A stretch of DNA of 64,000 bases, from assembly GCA_028534125.1 (NCBI GenBank), contig CM052832.1:10356001-10420000 (forward strand), given 5' to 3'. The stretch comes from Lama glama. Taxonomy: Eukaryota. How positions within the stretch are numbered: position 1 is the stretch's first letter; each line of letters begins with the position of its first letter. The translations under genes were made by a program, and so were the position numbers. Positions 22,884 to 35,323 of the stretch are shown piece after piece. The notes below the pieces were generated by a model. That model ran no database searches, had not been told where the DNA came from, and was given only the letters and a program-made list of their open reading frames with translations.

Positions 22884-23339
22884 GAGGTGAGAAATGAAGA
22901 GGGAAGGAGACCACAGTGAGCAGGGTGGGGATTACTGGGAAGTGAGGAGGGTGGGCATTTGGAGCCACTAAGGGAAAGGAAGCAAATGTGAAGAAACAAG
23001 TAGGGGCTGGTGAGCAGGACTTTGGACTGAGAGCCAGAAGACCTGCCAGCTGGGCCCAGCCCTGCCATTCCCACTTTATTTACATAAGTGCTGTGTGCCT
23101 GTGTGTGGGTGACTTTTAAAGACACTCTTGCTTTAATAGCCTAGGTTTCTGTTATCCTAATCACTGAGGGGAGAAGATGGAGTCAAAACTGTTAGTGGTT
23201 GGTAGAGCCGTTCATTGTCTGAGGGAGGAGAGGAGGCACTCTCAGAAGCATCCGTGTCAGATGGGACTGGAGTTGCCAGAGCTCCAGCTGGGAATCCTTT
23301 GTGACTGGTGGGGCTCCCAGTGGCTGGTGAGTTCTCGAC

Positions 23340-23495
23340 AGTCATTTACTCATGTCTTGACTCATTTCTTCCGTCAGCAACTACACACTAGACAGGTCTT
23401 CCATGCTAGGTCTGCACTGGGGCTGGGGAAACAGCAAGGAAGGAGGCACAGCCCTGCCTTTGAGGAGTTGGCACTCCAGTGGGGGAGACAGAGCC
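23340..23495 (-). mobile_element. L2 3' end
   Basis: 'gctaggtctgcactggggctgggga...gcacagccctgcctttgaggagttggcactccagtgggggagacaga'. Confidence 0.7.
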
Positions 23496-23590
23496 TCCGG
23501 CAGGCGACACCACTGCAGAGGTGTCTGTGCTCTTGCAGGGCCTCATCCATCTCCAGCAAGGTTGCTTAGTGACCAGTGGTGTGTGTGATC

Positions 23591-23915
23591 CAGTGGTCTG
23601 ACCCTGACTGCACATCTAAATTACCAGAAAAGCTTTTAAAAAATCTATAGTTACTCGGACCCACCTCCAGAAAATCCTAATTAGTCTAGGATGGGGCCAG
23701 GCACCAGCATTTCAAAAATCCCCCTGGTGATTTTCGTAGGTAGCCAGAGTTGACACCCCCTGTTCCTCCACAGCTCTCTTCACTCTTAATTGTGCACCAG
23801 AGTCACCTGGGGGCCTTGGTCAGGCAGGTTCTGACTTAGCAGGTCGGGGCTGGGGGAGGCCTGGGTGTAACCACCTCCCAGATGAGGCTGACGCTGCACT
23901 GTGAGCAGTGATGCT
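23591..23915. mobile_element. Adjacent MER5B (~23591-23762) and MER5A1 (~23770-23915) MITEs
   Basis: 'cagtggt...gactgcacat...agcttttaaaaaat...ggatggggccaggcaccagcattt...gtagccagagttga' then 'gagtcacctggggg...caggttctgacttagcaggtc'. Confidence 0.75.
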
Positions 23916-23929
23916 CTGAGATGTGGGCC

Positions 23930-24405
23930 TCACAACTGCTCTGGTCTCCTCTCCTCCAGCGTTCCCCTGTACTCTTTCTGTTCCAGCCACGTTGGTCTTA
24001 CTGTAGATCTAGAAACACCCCAGGCTTACTCACTCCTTGGGGGCTTTGCACATACTCTCTCTGGAATATTCATTCCCCAGATGTCCACATGGCTTCTCCC
24101 TCACATCATTTAGATCTCTGCTCATGTGCCCACTTATTGGCAAGAGCTTTCCCTGACCCTCCGACCTAAAATAGCACCCACTCCCATCGTTATCTTTCCC
24201 ATCACCCTGCTTTACCTCTCCCCTAGCACTGATCACCACCTGATAATAGAGCATAGATTTCTTGTATCTGTGTCTGTCATCTGTCTTCCTCACTAAAACG
24301 TCAGTTCCACGAGAGCGGGAACTTTTGTTTTCCTCCCTCTAATGAGCATCTGCATAGAACAGTGCCTGGCAATAAAAGACACTCAGTAAATGTTTATTGA
24401 ACAGA
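23930..24405 (+). mobile_element. L2a LINE 3' region
   Basis: 'tgttccagccacgttggtctt...gggctttgcacat...gaacagtgcctggcaataaaagacactcagtaaatgtttattgaa'. Confidence 0.88.
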
Positions 24406-24444
24406 GAGAGGGGGGAGGATGGGTGAAAATGGAATACTTAGAAC

Positions 24445-24812
24445 TTGGGAATCATAGACTTATTAAAGCTGGCAAGAACCTCAGAGATAATATAATTCAG
24501 TGTTTCTCAGTGAGGTGGCTCCCGGTATTTTGGGTGGGATAATTCTTTCATCACTTGGCATTGCTCCCTCCATTGTAAGTCACTTAGGATTCATAACCTT
24601 ACCCACTAAATGCTAGTAGCCTTGCAAGTCATTGGCACCCCCGGCCCCATGGATGGGAGATCAGGCTCCTGTTGAGAACCACTAATCTAACTTAGTCATA
24701 TCATTACATAGATGAAGAAAGTAAAGTGCAGAATGTTGAAACTATTTGCCCAAGTACACATAGCAAGTTAGTATGAAAATTGAGACCAGAGCTTTGGAAT
24801 TTAGACTCCAGC
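24445..24812 (-). mobile_element. MIR3 interrupted by a Charlie MITE
   Basis: 'aatcatagact...gctggcaagaacctcagagataat' / 'cattacatagatgaagaaagtaaagtgcaga...ttgcccaagtacacatagcaagttagt'. Confidence 0.75.
24498..24684. mobile_element. MER20-like/Charlie4z-like hAT-Charlie MITE
   Basis: TIRs 'cagtgtttctca' / 'ttgagaaccacta', internal 'cccactaaatgctagtagc', degenerate 8-bp TSD atataatt/atctaact. Confidence 0.7.
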
Positions 24813-26019
24813 TTACAATAATTTTTTTTTTTTACTATAGTTTTACCATGTTTCTTTCAACGTAAGTCCTCCTAAAGGGTCTGTGGGATGGGGCTGGCTG
24901 TTCCTGGGTAGGACTTACAGCTGGACGGTCTCAAGAGTTCTCCTACCTCACCATGGGGTTGATATCAGTGTGCAGGGTTTGTGTCATCTAGATTGTGCTG
25001 GGGAAAACAGATATCTGCCTCTCCTCCTCCATGCTGGCCACTGGGTACCCAGGAGAGGTGAGTTCCTCTGGGGCCCATGACAAAGCATCCTGACTGAGAG
25101 TCATCCTTCAAACCTTCTCAGTCTGTTAAACAAGGGAAATGGATTTGAAATTTAGCACATGTCAGTACAGCTTTGGAAAACCACTTTTATTAATCAACAC
25201 TGATTTTATTTTTCAAAGTTACATAATGATGCTGTGAGTTCTGTTAAGCGAGGTTGTAGACAAGTTGGCAGAAATGACCTTGGTCTGTGGTTCCTAGAGC
25301 AGGACCCCAGGGGAGGGCTGATGCCTGGTTTCTCTAGAATCTCAGGCAGGCTCTCCCTAAGGGCTGCATAAAGAGACTCACCTTCAGCTGGGACCTATTT
25401 GGTACCCGGAGAGTCTCCATCACACCAGAGCACCAGAGGGAGGCAGATACCCCTGACACTTGGGGTCCTATGAGGATCTTCCCAGGAGAGTAAAGGAGCT
25501 AGGCCAGCAAAACCTGGTAAAGTGCTTCATCCTCTTCTGGGTTATGGTTAGCTCTGGTGGCATGGAACTGGAGCCCTGTTCCACAACTTCTTGAACGTGT
25601 GGTGGTTTGGGCGGATAAACTGGGTGTGGCAACTCGAGGCACTCCTTTGGCACATGTACATGAGAGGATGGTAAAGCAGAGTTAGTCCTTTTGTCCAGAA
25701 CAGGGATGCTCAGGATGGGGCTCTCCATCTCATGCAGAGAGACCCCGCTCTGCTGCCCTGTTCCTGTACACAATAGGAAGATGACGTAAGTGCTGTTTCA
25801 GTTGAAACAACTGAATGGTGGTGCTCTCTGTGGGTCCACAGGTGATTCAGGGTGTGGGAGGGGGATGCATGAGCTGCATGGAGGCTGCTGAGGCCCTCCA
25901 CAGCAATTACACCAGCTCGTGGGTCCAGCCAGACACCCAGAACACAGGTCTCAGGCCTCAGGTGAGAGGCAAAGTGACTTCTCCCAAAAGTCTGGGGGAT
26001 GTGATACTTTAATTCTGGA

Positions 26020-26335
26020 GATTATTCATTCATTCAACAGATAATATTTACTAACTACCTGCTGTGCCCTAAGGTGATGTGAACTTGAGCCCACCTGCGC
26101 AGTGGAGGCTCCTACAGTCTTAGAGGGGCATGGAGGCTTGAGGAGGCCCCTGTGTGGTAAGGATGAGTGGAAAGGGCCCTAGTCCAGACACTGGGACCTG
26201 GGGGCCCTCCTATCTCTCTCACCTGGACAAAATGTTTTCCTCCCCAGGGTTCAGGTCCCTCACCTCAAAACCAAGGAGACTGAATGAAGTGGCCTCCAGG
26301 GCCCTTCCAGCTCTGACATTTTTAGGAGTCTGAGA
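26020..26335. mobile_element. L2 tail (-, ~26020-26130) followed by MIR3 (+, ~26150-26335)
   Basis: 'attcattcattcaacagataatatttact' ; 'ggcctccagggcccttccagctctgacatttttagga'. Confidence 0.65.
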
Positions 26336-26824
26336 TTCCTGAGGGAAGCCCTGGCCTCAGAGCTGTAGGCAGTGAGGGGGTTGGCTCCTGCCCCACGAGG
26401 GACTGGCCCATGATGACAGCTCTGCTCAGGGCCCAAGGGTGGGGCTGGAAATCTACCTTTTCCCATCGTTTTGTCAGCAGACTTCCACCTACTGCCTTCC
26501 ACGATCCTGCCAGCACAGCTCAGGCTCTGTGAGGGGGACACAAAGACATGACCCAGGGTCCCCACCCTCCTAGGGCTGCTCAAGTGGAGGACACAGCCAG
26601 GCACACCTGCAAGACAATGGGCAATTCCAGCGCAGTGGATTGTAGTGGCAGGGTTGGAGAGTGGGGAGTGGAAGGAAGGCAGAGACCTTGTCCAGTGGGT
26701 GTTTATGGTCTTCATCTTCGGGTGGGATGGGTTGGAATCCTTGTCGTATCATCATCTTGATGTGAAACTGTTGCAACCTGGAAGACAAACTTTACCAAGA
26801 GATTGAAGAGAAACAGGAGGAAGG

Positions 26825-28285
26825 GCAGGATTATGACTGTCAACTGTAAATGAGACCAAATGTCCTAATGTACAGGCTCCCTCATGTCACACATTATCTA
26901 TATAAAGATAAGCACTCATATAGGGGCCCAGTTTTCCCTGGGGTTTTCCCTGGGGTGATCTTGTCTTTGGGTCCTTATTTTGGGAGTGACCCATACCCAG
27001 ATACATCCTGAATGTGTAATAAGAGATCTTACAGCAGATGAATTTAACAAGGAAGCAGCCATTTAGACCCATGGAAGAGATAAGTTATGAACACAATGTG
27101 AGTACAAAAGTCTGTTAGTATAGAATAGTATTTAATGCCTTCAGTTTAGATGAGATGGTGGTATACACGATTTTTACCCATTGCTTCCATAGCCTTCCCA
27201 TGAATCTTCTTGAAGTACTTTTATAACAGCATCAGAGTACAATAACTGTCTATAAATGTAAAGGTACAGTTGAACATCTGATTACAAAGCAGTTGACAAG
27301 AAACTTTGTTACTGCTGTGACATACAATATTTTTAGATAATAACTAGAATTACAACTGATAACATTTTATTAAGACATACCAGATCTTTAGGAATTTTAA
27401 AATAGTTTTTAGAATATATTAATAAAATTTACCCATGCAGTATAACCTAAGAAGATGTATTATTTATTTGATAATACTTTTTATGTAATTTAAGATATCA
27501 GATGAACCTAATTAGTTTAGTATTTCTTGTTGGGATGTTTCAGGGGCCCTCTGAAGCATCTCAAGGGTAGAGGGGGTCAAAAGAACTTTGATTAAAATTT
27601 GATATTTGGGAAGCTTGTTAAAAAGTTTTTAAGCACTTGGTCAGATAAAATCATAGGTGCCTGTGAAACAACACTTACTTATTAAACCAAAATAACAATA
27701 AAATATTTCAAAGGCAAATACAGATCACTTGAGATCTTTTGTTACCAAAAGCAGATTAACATTTTAAGAAAACTTTGTCCTTTTAATAGAGAAAGAGAGA
27801 ATCAAATTCCAGTTCTGCACTAGTTTTCTTTAACAACCAAATCCATTTACTTATTTAAAGTAATCTAAATTTAACAAATCCTGATCATGTACAAAGCTTT
27901 TTTTTTTTTAGGGATCCTTTCCCACAAATCTTCTATCACATTCTGTATCCATATTAGTTTGTCTCCTATTTTTTTCCATCCAGAAAAGCAGCTATAGAAC
28001 AAACCAACCTTCATCTCACTCAAAACGTAATTCCATTCCTTCTACCTTTTTTTCACTCAAAATACACATTTTACTTTTCTACCGTATTCCAAGATGTTCC
28101 CCTTATTATTTTAGTAGCTTTAATGACATGCATTATAGTTTTAACCCTTAAAAACCTTAATCTCTTGCAAAAACCAAGAAGCAGTAATTGTGAATTGGTT
28201 GTCACACCAGTGTGTCTTGATTGAAAACTTAGACTCTAGTTTTTTCTCCTAAGAAAACAAAGATAGGTGAACTCAGACAACAAGC
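26825..28285 (-). mobile_element. ERV1 (MER4-group-like) internal sequence fragment, AT-rich, no LTRs seen
   Basis: 'agttgacaagaaactttgttactgctgtgacatacaatattt...tagaattacaactgataacatt...gggatgtttcaggggccctctgaagcatctc...ttgatatttgggaagcttgttaaa' resembles the AT-rich non-coding internal region of MER4-group ERV1 elements. Confidence 0.7.
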
Positions 28286-28759
28286 CTACAAGGGTAGCTG
28301 CAGGGAGGGGCAGTGCTGTGCTTTTAACTGTGCCTGGAGAGCGTGGTGTGGAAATGGTCTTGTGGTGGGCGGACAGACCTGTTGTCTCTCTAGTCTGTTC
28401 CACGACCCACTCATCCTCACAGGAGAGACTTTTTCAGTGGCAAGCTCCCTAGAGGCTTTTACATGCTTGACCCAAAGGACACACTGATCACTCATTACAC
28501 AGCGGTACTTGGTCTTTGGGAAGGTTGGCAGTTGCCGTCTCTTTTGTTTCAGCCAGGGGAATGGATTCTCTGAGGAGAGGACGATCTTCTTTAAAGCGAG
28601 GAGAGTGGAAAAATGGCAGTCTGCACCAGAACTGGCGAGGCTGCAGGGATAACGGGTTGAGGAATTTGGCTAATGCAGATAAGCCTTGATGGGGAGTAAG
28701 GAGCTGAGATGATGGAAAGCAGGGGGCTGGAGGTGGTTGATGGGGGCCTTCCATTCAAA

Positions 28760-29010
28760 TGTAGATTTTATCCTATGTGTCCTGAAGAACTATTAATATT
28801 CCTGAGGGCTGTGGGCAAAATGAACACAGCTGTGTTTGAGGACGATCAGTTTGTCAGCCAAGGGGCTGGAAGATGGGTTTGAAAGGAGGGATGTAGGTTC
28901 CTGGTTCCCTTGTTAATTATGCGAAGAGGGCTTGGACAGTGAGGCTGATGGTGGGAACAGAGCAAGAGTTTGTAACTCCCACTGTGAGGATGAGAGACAG
29001 AGGTGCTTAA
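28760..29010 (-). mobile_element. L2 fragment
   Basis: 'tagattttatcctatg...tgtgtttgaggacgatcagtttgtcagc...gggcttggacagtgagg'. Confidence 0.5.
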
Positions 29011-29948
29011 GAATGGAGGGGGCACCACGGATCCTGAGGGAACAGCAGTCAGGCCCAAGAGCCATGCTGGCTGGACTCAGCATCATACAGTCATCACCCT
29101 CATTAGAACATCCAAACCCAAGTGGATGTCTGTGACTGTGTGATTTTGTACTAATTAATTTATCCTCATCAGAAGAAGTAATCCAAGGGTTCAGCCACCC
29201 CCTCTCCTCTGAGCATGGGGACCAGGGGAGGATGAACCACAGTCCAAACTTTACAAACTTTGGTGGTGTTGCAGGAAGGAAGATGTGGGGGTTGTTTGTT
29301 GTGGTGAATCATGGCTGTGTCTTCAGCAGCTGCCCTGTGCAGGAAGGTTGGAAATCAGAGAGATATTTCTGAGACTGCTTTATAACAATCCGTGAGAATC
29401 TCCTTTGTTTTACGCTTCCCAGAAGCAGCCTCTGAACCGTGACTGCTTCCCAAACAGCAGCCTCGGCTGCAAATCAAGACAATGTTGCACCTGCAGGACG
29501 TAGGTGGCCAGAGTGGCTCTGGACGATCATTAGTCTTTCTCGGCCATACCTTGGGGTCCCCAAGTCAGGAGCAGCCACCTGTCTTTGTGTCAACTTTGGC
29601 CACGAGGGCAGAATATCCCTCTCCCCTTAAGCAGGTCTCCCCAGGCCCGCTGTTGCTTCCCTACTCGTCCACTAGCCACCTAGCTGGGCCCCCACCTCCC
29701 CTGTGAAGCCTCCCGTCTCAGGCCGGGAGACCTCTTCCTCTTCTGACCCCTGGAAAACTAGACTCACTTGGTATTTAGCCTATGCCTTTTGTTTCTTTGT
29801 TTAGATTTTTCTTTTTTTTTTTTTTGTTTCTTTGAGTTTTGAGCCTTTTCTTAGTCTCCTTCAGTAAATTCATTCTTTGAAAGGAAGGACTGTGTCTTCT
29901 ACTAAAGGTGACATACAATCTTTCACCTAAACCAAGATGCTTCCAAGA

Positions 29949-30342
29949 GTGGTATAGATGTTGCTGACGCCTGCTCATATTTCCTTGACATTCACTATTC
30001 CTATACATGTGGACATGTTCTTCCTGCCAGCCTGAGGCCTGCTGCTTTCATTGGAGCAGGCTAGAGAGGCCAGAGTTGACCCACAACCCAGGGGGAACCC
30101 ACAGCCAGTGATGGACAGGAGTTGGTGTGTGCGTGTATACCCAGTTTCCTCTGCTGGGGCAACTCCAAGACGTGTTTTACACAGTCTCCCAGCAGCCCCC
30201 AGTGGTAACTTGCTCATGAATAGACCCTGGATTGACTTTTTCCCTTCCTGTGTCATTTCCCCACCCCACTACCTTCACCTCCCAAATAAACTATTTGCAT
30301 TCAAGTCTTTGTCTCAGGAATATCCTGGGCTATCAGCGAGAT
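29949..30342 (+). mobile_element. ERVL solo LTR, LTR16A/B-like
   Basis: 'ccacagccagtgatggacaggagttggtg...atacccagtttcct...cacctcccaaataaactatttgcattcaagtctttgtctcagg'. Confidence 0.8.
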
Positions 30343-30559
30343 ATGGTGGCCCTACTGAATGGCTTCTCTGTCTGTCACTCCCTAGCAGGGTGCTAGCCCA
30401 GAGCACTCACTCACATTTTGCCAAATGAATGTATGAATGGATACAAAATTCTCCCTTGTATCCCAGCAAGGGCACACGAAACAGTTTCTCACGGCACAGG
30501 AAGGATTAGACATTTCCCTGGTCCATTCTGTTTCCAATCTCCTGTATAAATATTTCATA

Positions 30560-30820
30560 GCTTCTCCCCACTCCTCCCACTGCTAACATCGCCATCCCCA
30601 TCCTCTCACACTTGGCTGATGACCTCACTTCTTCTTGTACTGTGAACGCAGAAATCACGGGAGGAGGAGCTCTTCCCTGATCCCACTGCATCTCCCTGCC
30701 CACCTGCATCCGTGCTCCAGCTCTCGGCCTGGCCTTCTGTTACTGCACATGAGTGGTCCACCCTTCTAAGGTCCATCCCTCCACTGGGTCCCTGACTGGG
30801 GATCCCTGCACCTCCTGCCT
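30560..30820 (+). mobile_element. L2 internal (ORF2-region) fragment
   Basis: 'gctgatgacctcacttcttcttgtactgtgaacgcagaa...ccttctgttact...cccttctaaggtccatccctccact'. Confidence 0.65.
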
Positions 30821-31944
30821 CCTCTGTTTCTTATTGATTGGTTGGTTAGTTGATTACCTCCAACATACCCCGCTTTAGCCTCAGTAACAGAGCCCACGGT
30901 GCCGGACTCTGCTGGATTGGGATTTTAGCCATAAAAACGTTCAAACTGGAACCAAATACAGATCCACATTGAGCTGGAGCGCTTTGCTTTGCTTTGCTTT
31001 GCAAGTAAATTGCACAGTCTTTGTAGCCACAACAAGTAAAACTGGGTTGATTTCCTGGCTGTGCATCTCACAATGCCTCCGTTGGAGGTGTTGATTGATA
31101 TGCTAAGATTCAAAAGTAAGCATCACACCTGCCTCTTCAGGACAAGATAAATAGTATTTACCAACTTTACAGGCAGCTCTGCTGAGGGGGCGGGAGGGCC
31201 TAGTGTGATGTGGTGGCTGCCAGGCCTGCATGAGACCTGCGCTCCCACCACCCTTAGGATAGGAGGGGCAGAGGATGGATGAGGTCTAGTCCAAAGCTCT
31301 GGCTTCGCAGAAGGGGAAGCAGCCTTGCGGGTAGACAACTCACCCAGGGAAAGGGATCTGGTGAGAAGCTGCGCTGGAACAGAAATACACCCGGGCCCTT
31401 TCATGTCTGTCACTAGGCCTTGGACCATGGCCATTTTGGGCAAAATGTATGTGTACGTGTCTTGATCCCTAAGAACTCAACCCCGAGACCATGATCTGGA
31501 CATGCTATGTTATTATTAAAGGCAGGGCCACCTGGGCAAAGGCTTTAGTTAGAAGTCCACCTGTAAGAGGTTTCCATTTTTCTGAGCTGAAAGAACTTAA
31601 AAGGAGAACATGAACCAAGTCTCAGGCCACCGCAGCTCCTGGGACTCACACTGGGAAGAAAGCTGCCTGTACAGCCATTTTGGAACAGGAGAACTGCACT
31701 ATGGCCTGGAAGAAAAAGGAATACGGAACAAGAGCAGACAAAGAAATAATCCCGCCAAGTGTGAGATCAGTGAGCTTCTCCCCGAGGTGTTGCCTTAGTT
31801 CAGGTCTTCATCACTTCTCTCCCAGACTCTTGGAATCGCCTCTACAAACGAGTTTTTTAATTATGGAAATATTTTAAATTATAAAATAAAGAGAAAAACA
31901 TATCATATGCCTACTGCCATAATTTAACAAATGTTTACATTCTA

Positions 31945-32148
31945 TCATTATATACATATACATTATATATACACATATAATGATACACGTTACATACATG
32001 GAGACATATAATACATTATATGTGATTACACTATATACATGTGTTACATTACATATAATCACATCATATGCATTATATTTAATCACATTGGATACATTAT
32101 ACGTAGTTACATTTTATATATATATATACTGATACATTATATATATAA
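31945..32148. repeat. Degenerate TA/CA-rich low-complexity tract (TACATTATA-like units)
   Basis: Repeated 'tacattatat', 'gatacattata', 'atatatatat'. Confidence 0.85.
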
Positions 32149-32400
32149 AACCTTACAAATGAAGCCCCTTTCTACCTCTCTGTCATCCTAGCCCCATCCT
32201 TCCCCTCCCCACAGTTACTTCTATCCTGAAATTGCTCTGTCATTCCCAGCCATGTTACATGATTGGTCTCATACTTGAATATACTTTTTGCAACTTGTTT
32301 TTTCGTTCAACACAGATTATTAAGCTGTCACCATGTTGATACATATAGATCTGGTTTATTTTCATGGAATTAATTTGAATTTCATGCCCCCAATGAAGTC

Positions 32401-32766
32401 TGTTGTTTAGTTCTCTAGGGCTTCCATAACAAAGTATCATAGACTAGGTGGCTTAAATAGTAGAAATTTATTTTCTTGCAGTTCGGAGGCTAGAAGTTTA
32501 AGATCAAGGTGCTGGCAGTGCTGTTTTATTTTCTGAGGCCTCTCTCCTTGGTTTGCACATGGCCGTCTTCTTCCTGTGTCTTCACAGGGCCTTTCCTCTC
32601 TTTGTGTCCTTACCTTCCCTTATAAGGACACCAGTCATATTGGATCACGACCCACCCAACTGACCTCATTGTAACTTAATTATCTTTTTAAGGACCCATC
32701 TCCAAATACAGTTAGGACTTCAACATATGGACCTTGTGGGTGGGAGACACAGTTCAGCCCAAACAA
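32401..32766 (-). mobile_element. MaLR solo LTR (MLT1A0-like)
   Basis: 'agggcttccataacaaagtatcatagactaggtggcttaaa...tataaggacaccagtcatattggat...ttaggacttcaacatatg...gacacagttcagccc'. Confidence 0.92.
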
Positions 32767-33269
32767 CCATTGTTTTGGTGTTTTTTTGTTTTTTGTTACA
32801 AACAGTGCTGTAATGAACATCTTTGTATGTGTCTCTGTGAGCCCACGAGAGTTTCCTTGGGGCTGATACTGAAAAGTGGAGGTCTGGATACAATGGTGTG
32901 CTCATCGCAGGTTTATTAGATGTTGACAAGTTGCTTTCCAAAGCAGGCCAATAACTTATACTCTCACTGTCAGCCTGTGAGTATTTCACGTATGCTTGGT
33001 ATTGTCAGACCCTTTTCAATCCGGTGGTTGTGAAAAGACAACACATTTTGGTCTTAATTTTAATTTCCTTGATTGCTAAGGAGATTTACATATATTTAGT
33101 AGCCATTCGTGTTTTCCAGTCTACAAATTGTCTCTTCGTATCTTTTCCTGTTTTCCTACTCTGGCTTTTCCTTATCAACCTGTAAGAAATTGATAGATAT
33201 TCTAGATAGCACTCCTCAGTTAACTACACTTATCTCTTATCTGGTCTCCTTGCTCCCACTGTCTCCACT

Positions 33270-33770
33270 TGTCAAGTCCTCTTCCAGGATCTTTACTCTC
33301 TTTCCAGAGACTGCAGGATAAAATTCAGACTCAGTATAGCCTTCCCTCCCAGTCCAACTGGAACCTAACTTTCCAGGCTCACTCCCCACCACTCTCTCTG
33401 TAGATTCCCACCACATAGGACAGCCCCTGTTCCAGAACATGTGCCATGTTAGGCTTCCAGACTTTTACATGCTGCTCCTGCTGCCTGGAATTCCTGGCTT
33501 CTCCTTTGCTGACTGAGGAAATCACGTCCTTCCAAACCCACTCCCATGTCAGCTTGTGGGTAAGACCCTGAAGTCCCTAGGCCGAGAGGGGGGACAGCTT
33601 CTGCATACCATTATTGTGGCCCCTGCCACCTGCTGCTAGGGGTGGTGGCTGAGTTCTAGTGCCTCGGCCTAAACATGAGCCCCACCAAAAGCAAATAATT
33701 TCCTCCCCTTATTTATCTTCATGTTTTCAGTATTGATACATGGTAGGTGCTTGAGGTTGGCTGAATTTTG
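33270..33770 (+). mobile_element. L2 (L2c/d-like) 3' region
   Basis: 'ctgcaggataaaattcagactc...atgctgctcctgctgcctggaattcc...catggtaggtgctt'. Confidence 0.6.
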
Positions 33771-34074
33771 TATTTTAAGTCCTGAGATGTTATTTTAAAG
33801 AATAAAATTGTTAATGAGTAGGCAGCAGCAAATAGAATTGTTTAGTTCATTCATCCTGCTTGGAATTCACTTATTATCCCTAAAGTCATAAACTTGGGTT
33901 CACAAAACAAACTCCACAGGGTATAGAACGGGAGAGATGCAGCTTAGCTGCGGCAGGAGGCCAGGATGGGAGAAGTCAGGAGGAAGCCCATAGCGAGTAA
34001 ACGCTGAGAAGTGATTCTATAAAGTGAGAGCAATGCTAAGACATGGTATGGAAATGTAGTTTCTAGAATGAAAC

Positions 34075-34607
34075 AATAGTTCTGTTCTTCTCTCATCAGA
34101 TCATTATTGGACTGTTGTGTTCTAATCATCGTACTTGAAGAGGGAGGGACACAGACCAACTAGAGCACCCTCAGGAGGGAGAGCAGCCAAGAGAGTCCAG
34201 GGCAGCTGAGGTAGGACTGACAGAGCCAGGGCTATTTATTCTGGAGCCCAGAGGAAACAGGGGGGGTGTTCCATGTCTTCAGATACCATGTGCAAGGGGC
34301 TACTTTTTGGAACAAGGAATAAAAATGTCCTATATCATTCCAAGAGATACAACCAGGACTGTTGGAAGGGATTTAGAAAGAGATAACTCTTGCCTAATAG
34401 ATTAAGAAATTTTAAGCATCTGGAGCATTCGACTATAGTTGGCTGCTTTGGTGAGTGCAGACTGCTCCATCAGGGGAAGTGTTTATGCAGTAGCTGGGTG
34501 ACCAGCTGGCAAGAGATGATGTCCAGGAGGCTAGGGGATCAAATGGTGATTGGGTTTGGATTAAAGGATGCTTAAGGTCTTTTCCAAGCTGAAATTTCCC
34601 AGGTCTA
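34075..34607 (+). mobile_element. L3/CR1 LINE 3' region
   Basis: 'caactagagcaccctcaggagggagagcagcca...gtcttcagata...ccatcaggggaagtgtttatgcagtagctggg...taaggtcttttccaagct'. Confidence 0.75.
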
Positions 34608-34959
34608 CAACTTTGAATCAGATAGATCTAACTGAGGGAACCAAAGTCTCAAAGCATCTTTGAGTCTCGTTAAGTCAGTTACTCTTTGATAGGCAGGACC
34701 TCTGGCTGACAGTCTTTCAATGCCTGCTACTCCACCCAAGTCCTGACACAGTCTTAAGTAACTCCACGTTCCATAGATGTCTCAGACAACATGCTCTCTG
34801 TGTTTCCCACCTCAACTCCCTTGGGTAGCTACTAATGTGGCCAGACCCTAGACCAATGGTTCTCAGACTTTACACTAGAAAATCTGCATAGCTTGATAAA
34901 AGCACAGATTCTTGGGCTGTAGGACTGGAGCATATTTACATGATCTAGGCTTAAGCCAC

Positions 34960-35323
34960 CCAGCACACTGCATTCCCAAGGCCCTCGTGACGGGTCTAGG
35001 GATCAGCATGGGAGCAAATCAGAGCTGGTGAGATCCCACGAGACACGTTAGAGTGGATGGTGATGCAGACATCATTAGGTCTGAAGCTGCCACCACAGCC
35101 ATCTTGTCACCAGGAGGAGACTGGAAGCAGAGCAAGAATGTGGGAAGATGGAATTGAGAGAGAGGGAAAACTTTGTTCTAATGACACAGTTTGGGCTGTG
35201 AATCCAAATATCCCTGAAGCTGGACTATCCCTGGATTTTGCAGTAATCTGAGTGAAAAATCCTGTCTTTTGCTTCAGCCATTTGAATTGGGTTTTCTGTC
35301 ACTTGAAAATTCTAACTGATACA
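34960..35323 (+). mobile_element. Old MaLR LTR (MLT1K/L-like)
   Basis: 'cagccatcttgtcacca...cctgaagctggactatccctggattttgcagt...gcttcagccatttgaattgggttttctgtcacttg...ctaactgataca'. Confidence 0.8.

Larger units (their letters stand above)
31850..33225 (-). mobile_element. Old L1M (L1ME/L1MC-like) 3' region, interrupted by MLT1A and a TA-rich tract
   Basis: 'acttctatcctgaa...ttttgcaacttgttttttcgttcaac...gttacaaacagtgctgtaatgaacatctttgtatgtgtctct...ttaatttccttgattgctaag...atattctagata'. Confidence 0.85.

Noticed and set aside
33621..33639. Minus-strand CTCF-like motif
   Set aside because: Lies within decayed L2 sequence with a core mismatch; weak without binding data
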